Assembly (NCBI GenBank): GCA_043819795.1
Contig: JBDREN010000133.1
Location: 1 to 31,750 of the forward strand
Direction of reading: 5' to 3'
Length of the DNA: 31,750 nucleotides
Source of the DNA: Elusimicrobiota bacterium
Lineage (GTDB): Bacteria; Elusimicrobiota; Elusimicrobia; UBA1565
The notes beneath the pieces are model-generated. The model saw only the letters and a list, made by a program, of their open reading frames with translations, did no database searches and had not been told where the DNA came from. This document shows positions 7,722-15,328 of this stretch, piece after piece (within the stretch, counting starts at the first letter, position 1; every line of letters begins with the position of its first letter). A program made the translations under genes and the position numbers.

Positions 7722-8584
7722 GTCGAGTAGGGCGATGGCGCATCCACACGGAGTACTGGTCAATTTGACTCACCTTGCAACCGTGAGCCGCGCATTGTCG
7801 TTTAAGCGCCTGCGCCAGGGCGCCCAGGTCCGCTGATGTTTCCATCGCCCCCTCTAAGATTCCGTACGTCGGGTTTTCCCCGATACGGCTCCAAACTCAG
7901 GCTCACCCGATCAGACAAGCCCTTCCCCTCGCGGGTTTGACCTGTCCTTCGTCCGCCTACCCACGCACACCGCGCATACTACTGCCCGTGTGTTAGCTCC
8001 CCTCAAGGAGGAGCACTCGGGCACGCCCATGCGCTCTCGACAGACACCTGAGTCCAGGGGCCCTTGGCTCCGGTCCGGGTTATGCTATCCCGGTCCATCC
8101 ACGCTTACTACGGCCCCATCCGCCAGTCTCGGACGCTCCCCGCGACTTCCCGCATTACGGTTATACGTGGGGTCTTCTTGTCGCCGAGACCTTCCCTACT
8201 TTCATCGTCATGCTTTGAGTACGTGCCGCTCCCCCTACACCGACGGACCCGCTGCTTCTCGCCTGTTGCTGTTACCGCAGCGGTCACAGGCTCCCGCGAT
8301 TTGTGAGCGCGTCGCCGTCCGCAATCCCTGCCTCTACCAGCAATTCCCGGCAGGAGTGCCATTTCGATGCTGCAGGATTCGCTTTATGCTACGGCTCGCA
8401 CCTCCGCCTCGCACCCTTGGCTGGTTACGACCCTATTCAGGGCCTTCGAGGTACTTTGTCATCTCCGCTTTTGGCCGTCGGGATCGCTCCCAATGGTTGG
8501 AGACCAGGCTTGATGGCCGAACAGGCAATCTACCATCATCAGAACTTCCATCCGACTAGCAACGACGACTGAGTGAGGCTGCAC
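7722..8584 (-). mobile_element. ORF-less group II intron (IIB-like), 863 nt
   Basis: 5' end GTGCAG (8584); D5 GAGCCGTATCGGGGAAAACCCGACGTACGGAATC (7891-7858, AGC triad); D6 stem with bulged A at 7728 and 3' end ...CTACTCGAC (7722); short D4 closed by ACTCAGG/CCTGAGT; EBS1 CACAAA (8305-8300) and EBS2 AATGGCAC (8363-8356) complementary to the 5' exon. Confidence 0.93.
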
Positions 8585-8645
8585 CACAAAAATGGCACAA
8601 ATTTCGGAGCCCGTTTCGGCGCTCCAGCCGCTGCCAGCGGCCGCC

Positions 8646-10196
8646 TTACTTGGATCTCCCCGGAGGCGGGATGCGCAGACCCGGCGGGCCCTCCCCGTCC
8701 GGTCCGGACGCCTTCTGAACGCCCGGAGGCCCCTCGCCGTCTTGCCCCTTGCCGGGCACGCAGCCGTCGTCGATCACCCCGTCGCAGTCGTTGTCGAGCC
8801 CGTCATAGCACGTCTCTTCCGCGCCGGGATGGACCGCCGGGGCCGAATCGTCGCAGTCGTCGACGCACGCGAACGAGCCGTCGCCGTCCGCGTCATCGAT
8901 CGCGCCGCAGCCGCAGACGGCCGGCGCGATCTTCCCGGCGTCGGCCGGGCACTGGTCGAAGCAGTCCGGCGTCAGGTCGCCGTCCGAGTCGGCGTCCGCC
9001 GCGCCGCAGCCGCAGGCCCCGGCCCGCGTCTTGCCCGGGTCGCCGGGGCAGTCGTCGATGCAGTCCGGCGCCGCGTCCCCGTCCGAGTCGGTGTCCGCCA
9101 CGCCGCAGCCGCAGGCTCCCGGCTCGGTCTTGGCGGGGTCGTCCGGACACAGGTCGCTGCAGTCCTCCGCCGCATCAGTCACGCCGACGGTGACGGAATC
9201 CGGCCGGGAATCGAACTCGCCGTCACTGACGACGAGCTGATAGTAGTGGACGCCGATATCGGCCTCGGTGTAGCTCAAGGCTGGAGCGGCCTCGGCGGCG
9301 ATCTTCTCTTCCTCCTCCAGGACGCCGTCATTGTCCAGGTCCTCATACCACGCATACGCGAGAGACTCTCCCTCCGGGTCATAAGAAGCGGCTCCGTCGA
9401 GGACGGCACCCTCGTTCCAAGCGGCGAGCAGATCGGACCCGGCGTCCGCGACCGGCGCCCTGTTCGGAGACGCGCTTTCCGCCATTTCCTCCGCCGCCCT
9501 CGCAACGTTCGAAAGCCTAACCTCGTCCATCACTCCGTGGAAATACCTGGCCCCATATCCATCATATCCTATGAGCAAAGAGGTCCAGGAGCTCAAGTTA
9601 TAATCAAGCGGAGCAGAAAAGCTCCTGTCCAATACCCCGTCTATGTACGACAGCACCTGCTTTCCTGAGCCGTCATACACGACGGCAATATGCGTCCATA
9701 CGTCCTCGCTGACCCACCCGCTTGAGGGGAAATGGGAGAAACCTCCCCCCTCTTTAATCAAATAGAGAGAGGGCCTCCTGTCGCTGACGAGAAGCCACTG
9801 GTACGCATGGTTATCATGTCTTCCCACTAAACCCGGCCAAGTGGCGGTGGGCTTCCGGTTGATCCAGACCTCAATCGTGAAACTGCCGTTGATGCCGAAA
9901 TCCAGGCTGGGGTCATGCGGAACCTCGACCTTGTCGTTGACCCCATCGAATGCGAGCGCGGAGCCGAACATGCCGGTCGTCCAGGTCGCCCCGAGGATCG
10001 TCCCATGGTTCCCGTTCGGGCTCTCGTCATGGGCGATATTTCCCGATTCCTCGTCGAAGTGCCATAGCCCGACGGTATGCTCATCGACACTCAGCCGGGC
10101 CGCCCTCGCCTCGACACAAAAGGCCGTGGCCGCCGCAATCAAGAACACGGCCGCCGCCGAACACCTCACAACTGCACGGACCCGAACGTTCTCCAT
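8646..10196 (-). CDS. Secreted protein: signal peptide, LamG-like jellyroll, PKD-like domain, thrombospondin type 3-like and MopE-like Asp/Cys repeats
   Basis: VGLWHFDE...FTIEVWI...WTHIAVVYDG...FHGVMDEVRLSN; NRAPVADAGSD...LDGAASYDPEG; repeats DxDGDxxPDCxDxCP; DCDD...HPGAEETCYDGLDNDCDGVID. GGAGGAG RBS before ATG 10196. Confidence 0.9.
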   Translation of the reverse strand: MENVRVRAVVRCSAAAVFLIAAATAFCVEARAARLSVDEHTVGLWHFDEESGNIAHDESPNGNHGTILGATWTTGMFGSALAFDGVNDKVEVPHDPSLDFGINGSFTIEVWINRKPTATWPGLVGRHDNHAYQWLLVSDRRPSLYLIKEGGGFSHFPSSGWVSEDVWTHIAVVYDGSGKQVLSYIDGVLDRSFSAPLDYNLSSWTSLLIGYDGYGARYFHGVMDEVRLSNVARAAEEMAESASPNRAPVADAGSDLLAAWNEGAVLDGAASYDPEGESLAYAWYEDLDNDGVLEEEEKIAAEAAPALSYTEADIGVHYYQLVVSDGEFDSRPDSVTVGVTDAAEDCSDLCPDDPAKTEPGACGCGVADTDSDGDAAPDCIDDCPGDPGKTRAGACGCGAADADSDGDLTPDCFDQCPADAGKIAPAVCGCGAIDDADGDGSFACVDDCDDSAPAVHPGAEETCYDGLDNDCDGVIDDGCVPGKGQDGEGPPGVQKASGPDGEGPPGLRIPPPGRSK

Positions 10197-10293
10197 ATTC
10201 TCCTCCTCTCCGCCCATCCTTGACGCCAGCCCTGCCGCTGAACGTACCCCCACTCCCCCTGAGAAATCCTCCTCCCCATCCTCGCTACTACGT

Positions 10294-10323
10294 ACTATAC
10301 CCCCCCCTCAGCTGACAAATCAA
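10294..10323 (-). promoter_or_regulatory. Candidate sigma70 promoter of the LamG gene
   Basis: TTGATT-N18-TATAGT. Confidence 0.45.
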
Positions 10324-10471
10324 GGACAAACCGCCGACATCGCAACAAAAAAACTGATTGCCGAATAAGGGGTTTTTCCTTTGTCAGCACTCAGGGCTGA
10401 GTCGGCCAGGCCGACGGATTCCGAAATCGCTCCGGTTGCCGCATAATCAGCGCCTACTGCATCTCCGATTG

Positions 10472-10579
10472 GTTGTGAATCGAGGGGGCTGGCCGTAGGC
10501 CAGTCCAGCGATTGGGGAGCGTGTGGGCAACGCCCCGGCGTTGTCCAGGGGATCCCCATGAGCGGCCGCGATTCACAAC
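10472..10579. repeat. ~108-bp structured palindromic element, copy 2
   Basis: Terminal IR GTTGTGAATCG/CGATTCACAAC; same internal hairpins as 3422-3529. Confidence 0.8.
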
Positions 10580-10648
10580 GTATCGAGGCCGGGGTACCGC
10601 TCAGCTTCCCACGTCTTCCTGCAAGAGACCCTTCGCGGGCTCTGAGGC

Positions 10649-11824
10649 TCAGACGAGGCCAGCCAGGAACCTGTCCGCGGAGACCACGCGGATGCCGTCA
10701 ATCAGCTTGTCGACCCCCGGCTTTCTGAGGACCTGGTAGAGGAAGGGGATTGCGAGCCTGTCCTTGAAGTACTTCAGCGAGGCCGCAGGCTGCTCCTCAC
10801 CCAGCTTGGCTTCCGCGGCGAACCACGGCTTCCCGCCCGCCACCATGAGGAAGTCCACCTCCCTCTTGCTCCTGTCCCGCAGGAAGCGGAGGTCTATCTT
10901 GTATCCCTCGCGGTCGTGGAGGCGATGCGCGAGCTTGAGCAGGTGGGATGCGACCAAGTTCTCGAATCGGGCGGCCTCATCGCCGACCTCGGACCAGTCC
11001 CAGAGGTAGAGTTTCGGCTCCTTCCTCACGGCCCGGAACCGGCCCTTGGCGTGCGGATAGATCCTGAACTGATAGTAGAATGACTCCAAGATGCCCAGCC
11101 ATCTCGAGACCGCCTGGTGGCTGACGGACAGATCCTCCCTGAGCGAGTTCGTCGAGAGAAGCGAGCCCACTTTGCCGGGCAGCATGTCGCTCAAAAGCCT
11201 CATGCTGTCGAGGTCCCTGATCGCCCCCACATCCCTGATGTCTTCCCTGAAAAGCCTCTCGACCTTCTCGTTGTGCCAGCGGCGCAAGGCCCTGGGGCTC
11301 TGCCTCATGAGCGGCTCCGGGAATCCTCCGAACCGCTCCAGCGCGGCCAAGTCCCGGGCCGCGCCCTTGCCGGCCACGTGCAGCTCCTTGATGGGCTCGA
11401 CAGCGTTCCTCTTGCCCAGAAGCTCGGCCAGCGAGAACGGGTGCAGTCTGTGGTAGTGGTATCTCCCTTGGAGCGAGTCCCCCCCTCTCCTGTAGACGTC
11501 AAGGCGGGAGCTTCCGGTGACCAGGAACTTGAATCTGTCCTTGAGCTTGTCGTATTCGCCCTTGATGAGCCTCTTCCAGCCCTTGTGCTTGTGGACCTCA
11601 TCGAGGATGATGAGGTCGGCCCCGCCGGGCCATTCGGACGACATGATCTTGCGCCGGTCGGCCCTGTTGTCCCAGTTGTAGTAGGCGGCCTGCTTGAAAT
11701 GCCCGGCCACGAGTCCGGTGGCGAGCGTGGTCTTGCCGACCTGGCGCGGCCCACCGATAAAGGCCATCTTCTCCCGGAGATCCTCCAGGATATCCCGCGT
11801 CAAGTACCTGTCCTTCAGGGCCAT
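10649..11824 (-). CDS. AAA_14 ATPase with DUF4143 and C-terminal PD-(D/E)xK-like domain
   Basis: Walker A GPRQVGKTT, Walker B ILDEVHK, VTGSS, SLQGR, GGFPE, KEPKLYLWD, FENLV, REVDFL...EAK. Start moved to 11824 because ATG 11851 directly abuts the -10 box. Confidence 0.92.
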   Translation of the reverse strand: MALKDRYLTRDILEDLREKMAFIGGPRQVGKTTLATGLVAGHFKQAAYYNWDNRADRRKIMSSEWPGGADLIILDEVHKHKGWKRLIKGEYDKLKDRFKFLVTGSSRLDVYRRGGDSLQGRYHYHRLHPFSLAELLGKRNAVEPIKELHVAGKGAARDLAALERFGGFPEPLMRQSPRALRRWHNEKVERLFREDIRDVGAIRDLDSMRLLSDMLPGKVGSLLSTNSLREDLSVSHQAVSRWLGILESFYYQFRIYPHAKGRFRAVRKEPKLYLWDWSEVGDEAARFENLVASHLLKLAHRLHDREGYKIDLRFLRDRSKREVDFLMVAGGKPWFAAEAKLGEEQPAASLKYFKDRLAIPFLYQVLRKPGVDKLIDGIRVVSADRFLAGLV

Positions 11825-11851
11825 TTCCAATCCCCCGTTTCCAACCGTCAT

Positions 11852-11880
11852 AGTATAGGGCGAGAAATCGGATATGTCAA
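11852..11880 (-). promoter_or_regulatory. Near-consensus sigma70 promoter
   Basis: TTGACA-N17-TATACT; inverted repeat AAGGTTAA/TTAACCTT just upstream (11891-11922). Confidence 0.85.
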
Positions 11881-11951
11881 CTTTAATGCTAAGGTTAACT
11901 TTGTCACGCCTAATTTAACCTTCAGGAAAAACGGCTGCGCAAGGGGGCACG

Positions 11952-11996
11952 AGAAACGGAAACCGGGATTCTCCCTTCGAGAACCCCGGTTTCCGT
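11952..11996 (-). terminator. Hairpin downstream of tRNA-Glu, probable terminator
   Basis: ACGGAAACCGGG...CCCGGTTTCCGT long stem followed by a short pyrimidine run on the minus strand. Confidence 0.6.
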
Positions 11997-12018
11997 CGAG
12001 GATTCGCCTCTTATTTGG

Positions 12019-12037
12019 TCCGGGTACCAGTGGCGCG
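12019..12037 (-). repeat. 19-bp duplicate of the tRNA-Glu 3' end and trailer
   Basis: TCCGGGTACCAGTGGCGCG occurs at 12019-12037 and 12083-12101. Confidence 0.85.
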
Positions 12038-12094
12038 CACCAAGCCTGTAATTCAAAGGACCGGCACTCGCCCGTAGTTCGCTCCGGGTACCAG

Positions 12095-12168
12095 TGGCGC
12101 GTACGGGATTTGAACCCGTGATCTCCGCCTTGAGAGGGCGGCGTCCTAGGCCACTAGACGAACGCGCC
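12095..12168 (-). tRNA. tRNA-Glu (anticodon CTC), CCA not encoded
   Basis: GGCGCGT/ACGCGCC acceptor stem, CCGCC-CTCTCAA-GGCGG anticodon arm, GGTTCAAATCC T arm. Confidence 0.97.
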
Positions 12169-12218
12169 ACTCGTACCCGGCGACAGTCCACAGACGCCTG
12201 CCGGTCCTTCCAAAGGCG

Positions 12219-12240
12219 ATTGTAGCAATTTTGATAGAAT
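12219..12240. promoter_or_regulatory. Divergent extended -10 promoters (tRNA-Glu and lipoprotein)
   Basis: Minus TGcTACAAT (12227-12219); plus TGaTAGAAT (12232-12240), 6 nt before ATG 12247. Confidence 0.6.
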
Positions 12241-12246
12241 GGGGCC

Positions 12247-12690
12247 ATGCTCGAGATACGCCGGATAATGGCCTTGAGCACGGCCGCGGCGTTTCTCGGC
12301 TGCTCGGCCATGTTCCAGACGGTACAGCCTCGCTGGCCGGCTCTCCCCGACGCCCATTTCATGCACGTCGGCGACTACCTGCAGGTGACGGGGACGGGCA
12401 CGGCCGCGAAGCCGGTCTCGAGCGAGACCCAGCGCCGCTCCGAGAGCCGCGACGCCGCCCTGCTCGACGCCTGGGAGCGCCTGGGCGGATACCTGGAGGT
12501 CCTCATCGTGCGGGGGAAGGGCACCGTCGGGGACATGAGCCGGGGCTCCGATGAGTTCCGGGGGGAGCTCGACCGCCTCGTCTACTCGGCAAAGGTCGTC
12601 TCCACGCAATGGGAGCAGGGAACGGCCATCGTGATCATCCGCCTCGACAAGGGCCGCGTCAACAAGACGCTGGGCACGGACTACCGATGA
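12247..12690 (+). CDS. Putative lipoprotein (LPP20-like)
   Basis: Lipobox FLGC; VTGTGTA...RDAALLDAWERL pattern; ATGA overlap with the next gene. Confidence 0.7.
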   Translation: MLEIRRIMALSTAAAFLGCSAMFQTVQPRWPALPDAHFMHVGDYLQVTGTGTAAKPVSSETQRRSESRDAALLDAWERLGGYLEVLIVRGKGTVGDMSRGSDEFRGELDRLVYSAKVVSTQWEQGTAIVIIRLDKGRVNKTLGTDYR

Positions 12691-14558
12691 CCGGCGACCG
12701 CGCCGGAATAGCGCCGCTCATCCCGCGCGAGCTGTTCTTCGGGAACCCGGAGAAGGCCGCCCCCAAGCTCTCGCCGGACGGGCGCCGCCTCGCCTACCTG
12801 GCCCCCGACGAGGGAGTCCTCAACGTCTGGCTGGCGGACTCGGCCGAGCCCGGCGCGCCCGCCAAGCCGCTCACGAGCGACCGCGACCGCGGCATCCGCG
12901 CCTACTTCTGGGCGGAGGACAAGCGCAGCCTCGTCTACATGCAGGACGCCGACGGCGACGAGAACTGGCACATGTACCAGGTGGACATCGAGACCTCCGA
13001 GGTCCGTGACCTCACCCCCTTCAAGGGAGCCCAGGCCGCGGTCCTGGCCACGGACCCGAAGTTCCCCCACGAGATCCTCGCCGAGATCAACACGCGCGAC
13101 AAGCGCCTCCACGACATATACCGCATCGACCTGCGCTCAGGCGAGGCGGCGCTGGAGGTCGAGAACCCGGGGGACGTGAGCGGATGGGTGGCCGACAGCC
13201 GGCTGCGCGTCCGGGCCTGCCACGCCCAGCTGCCGGACGGCGGGACCGAGCTGCGCGTGCGCGACGGCGAAGGCTCCCCCTGGCGCACCCTGGCGGCCTG
13301 GGGGCCCGACGAGACGGGCGGCGCCCACGACTTCGCCCCGGGCGACGAGGCGCTCTACGTCGAGACGAGCCTCGGCAGCGATACCACGCGCCTCGTCGAG
13401 ATGGCCCTGGCCGACGGCTCCGAACGCGAGATATTCCGCCACCCCGAGGCGGACATCGGCCCGACCCTCTTCCATCCGACGACCTACGCGATCCAGGCCG
13501 TCGGCTACGAAGTCGACCGCCTCGACTGGAAGGTGATCGACCCTTCCCTGGCCGAGGATTTCTCGGCCCTGCGGGCGGCCTGCGACGGGGACTTCCAGAT
13601 CGTCAGCCGCGACGACGAGGACCGGCGCTGGATCGTCTTCTACGACAGCGACCGGCGGCCGCCATGCTACTTCCTCTATGACCGGTCCCGAAAGGAGGCC
13701 ACGTTTCTTTTCTCGGCGCGCCCCGCCCTGGAGGGCCGCGCGCTCGGCGCGACCGAGCCCGTGACGATCCGGGCGCGTGACGGCCTTACCTTGCGCGGCT
13801 ACCTCACGCTGCCTCCCGGCCGGGAGCCCAAAAGCCTCCCCACGGTCCTCCGCGTCCACGGAGGCCCCTGGGCGCGCGACTTCTGGGGCTACCACCCCGA
13901 GACGCTCTGGCTGGCCGACCGAGGCTACGCCGTGCTGCGCGTCAACTTCCGCGGGTCGACGGGCTACGGGAAGAGCTTTCTGCACGCGGGCGACCGCGAA
14001 TGGGGCGCGAAGATGCAGGACGACCTCACCGACGCGGTCCGGTGGGCGGTCGGCCGGGGCCTGGCGGACCCCGGTCGCGTCGCCATCTACGGCGGCTCCT
14101 ACGGCGGCTACGCCGCGCTCGCGGGCGCGGCATTCACGCCCGAGGTCTACGCCTGCGCGGTGGACATCGTCGGCCCCTCGAACATCGTGAGCCTCATCAA
14201 GTCCATTCCCCCCTACTGGGAGCTCATGCGGCGCGTCTTCGACCACCGGGTGGGCAACGTGGACACCGAGGCGGAGTTCCTCAAGTCCCGCTCCCCCCTC
14301 TTCTCGGCCGACAGCATCGCCATCCCGATGCTGATCGCCCAGGGAGCCAACGACCCCCGCACCCCGCGGGCGGAGAGCGAGCGGATCGTATCGGCCCTGC
14401 GCGTCAAGGGAAAGGAGGTCGAGTACCTCGTATTCAACGACGAAGGCCACGGCTTCGCGCGGCCCGAGAACCGGCTCCGCTTCTACGCGCGCGCCGAGGC
14501 CTTCCTCGCCCGCCACCTCGGCGGCGGCTGCCTCGAAGAGAAGCCGCAGGCCGCCTGA
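12687..14558 (+). CDS. S9 family peptidase (dipeptidyl aminopeptidase/acylaminoacyl peptidase)
   Basis: LIPRELFFGNP start, beta-propeller, VHGGPWARD, NFRGSTGYG, catalytic GGSYGG, GANDPR, DEGHGF. Confidence 0.96.
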   Translation: MTGDRAGIAPLIPRELFFGNPEKAAPKLSPDGRRLAYLAPDEGVLNVWLADSAEPGAPAKPLTSDRDRGIRAYFWAEDKRSLVYMQDADGDENWHMYQVDIETSEVRDLTPFKGAQAAVLATDPKFPHEILAEINTRDKRLHDIYRIDLRSGEAALEVENPGDVSGWVADSRLRVRACHAQLPDGGTELRVRDGEGSPWRTLAAWGPDETGGAHDFAPGDEALYVETSLGSDTTRLVEMALADGSEREIFRHPEADIGPTLFHPTTYAIQAVGYEVDRLDWKVIDPSLAEDFSALRAACDGDFQIVSRDDEDRRWIVFYDSDRRPPCYFLYDRSRKEATFLFSARPALEGRALGATEPVTIRARDGLTLRGYLTLPPGREPKSLPTVLRVHGGPWARDFWGYHPETLWLADRGYAVLRVNFRGSTGYGKSFLHAGDREWGAKMQDDLTDAVRWAVGRGLADPGRVAIYGGSYGGYAALAGAAFTPEVYACAVDIVGPSNIVSLIKSIPPYWELMRRVFDHRVGNVDTEAEFLKSRSPLFSADSIAIPMLIAQGANDPRTPRAESERIVSALRVKGKEVEYLVFNDEGHGFARPENRLRFYARAEAFLARHLGGGCLEEKPQAA

Positions 14559-14629
14559 TTACGGAACCTTTACCTTCCTGAAACACGCCGAAAACAGCGG
14601 CGCCGCATCCTTTGTTCGAGGCCTCGTCG

Positions 14630-15196
14630 ATGCCGCGCCGCTCAACCGTGCTGCTGCTCGCCGCCGTCTGTTTCGGCAGACCCCCCGCCGCCGAGCCCCG
14701 GGGATTCGGTTCCGGGGAGGGGGTCTGCCCGCCGGGCTCCTACGCCGTACGCGCCGCCGACCCGCGGCGGCCCGCCGTCTGCGTGCCCGAGCAGGCGTAT
14801 GCCGACGCCGCCGGGCTTGGCGCCTGCGCGGACTTCAACGTCCTGTTCGGGCGATTCCACCGCGGCTGGGTCCGGGAATACGGCTCCGCGGCCGAACGGA
14901 ACCGCTCCATCGAAGAGCGGATTCTCCGGCACATCAAGGACCAAAAGGCGCTGAGCAGGAAGCTCCAACGGCAGGCGTTCCGGGCCCGGCAGATGGCCGT
15001 CCGGAGGACGCTGGGGGAGCAGGCGCGGGGGGTCGACCGGGACATCCGCGACAGCACGCGCCGCCTGCGGGAACTCGAGCGCGCGCACCGGAGCAAGGAA
15101 GAAGGCTGGAAGCGGCGCTACAAGCGGGAGGCGCAAGAGCTCCTGCAAGCAAGGCCCGCGGCCTGCGCGGTGTCGGTCACCGCCTCAACGAGATAG
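14630..15196 (+). CDS. Hypothetical exported protein with Cys-rich N-terminus and coiled coil
   Basis: Signal-like MPRRSTVLLLAAVCFG; CPPGSY...VCVP; charged helical C-terminus; GC3-rich codons. Confidence 0.6.
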   Translation: MPRRSTVLLLAAVCFGRPPAAEPRGFGSGEGVCPPGSYAVRAADPRRPAVCVPEQAYADAAGLGACADFNVLFGRFHRGWVREYGSAAERNRSIEERILRHIKDQKALSRKLQRQAFRARQMAVRRTLGEQARGVDRDIRDSTRRLRELERAHRSKEEGWKRRYKREAQELLQARPAACAVSVTASTR

Positions 15197-15225
15197 CGCA
15201 TCAAGCGAGCTGCGCTTGATGCGCT
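15195..15225. terminator. Perfect 13-bp hairpin at the stop codon between convergent genes
   Basis: AGCGCATCAAGCG-agctg-CGCTTGATGCGCT. Confidence 0.55.
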
Positions 15226-15328
15226 TACGCCTCTACCTTATCAAGAGGCCTCGCCCGCCTTCGGCGGGCGATTCCTTCATAACTCAGCGGTATAAGCGAC
15301 CGGTCGGCGCTCCGCGCGACCGGCGCCG

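Noticed and set aside
7990..8572. ORFs of 189, 80, 84 and 89 aa
   Set aside because: They lie within intron domains I-IV and show no RT or other motifs.
7722..8584. Class IIC-attC intron, retron or DGR associated with the integron
   Set aside because: The intron has an AGC triad plus EBS2 and is not in an attC or after a hairpin; there is no RT gene or TR/VR pair in the window.
8760..9160. Periodic CGCCGCAGCCGCAG repeats resembling a CRISPR array
   Set aside because: They are in-frame CGCG/TSP3-like protein repeats; the spacers are homologous and there are no cas genes.
10300..10460. Possible c-di-GMP riboswitch upstream of the LamG gene
   Set aside because: No GEMM consensus (GGCAAAC...GAAA...GACGCAAAGC) on the coding strand, and it lies upstream of the predicted promoter.
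11922..12609. Minus-strand ORFs of 146 and 151 aa
   Set aside because: They overlap tRNA-Glu and lie antisense to the lipoprotein gene.
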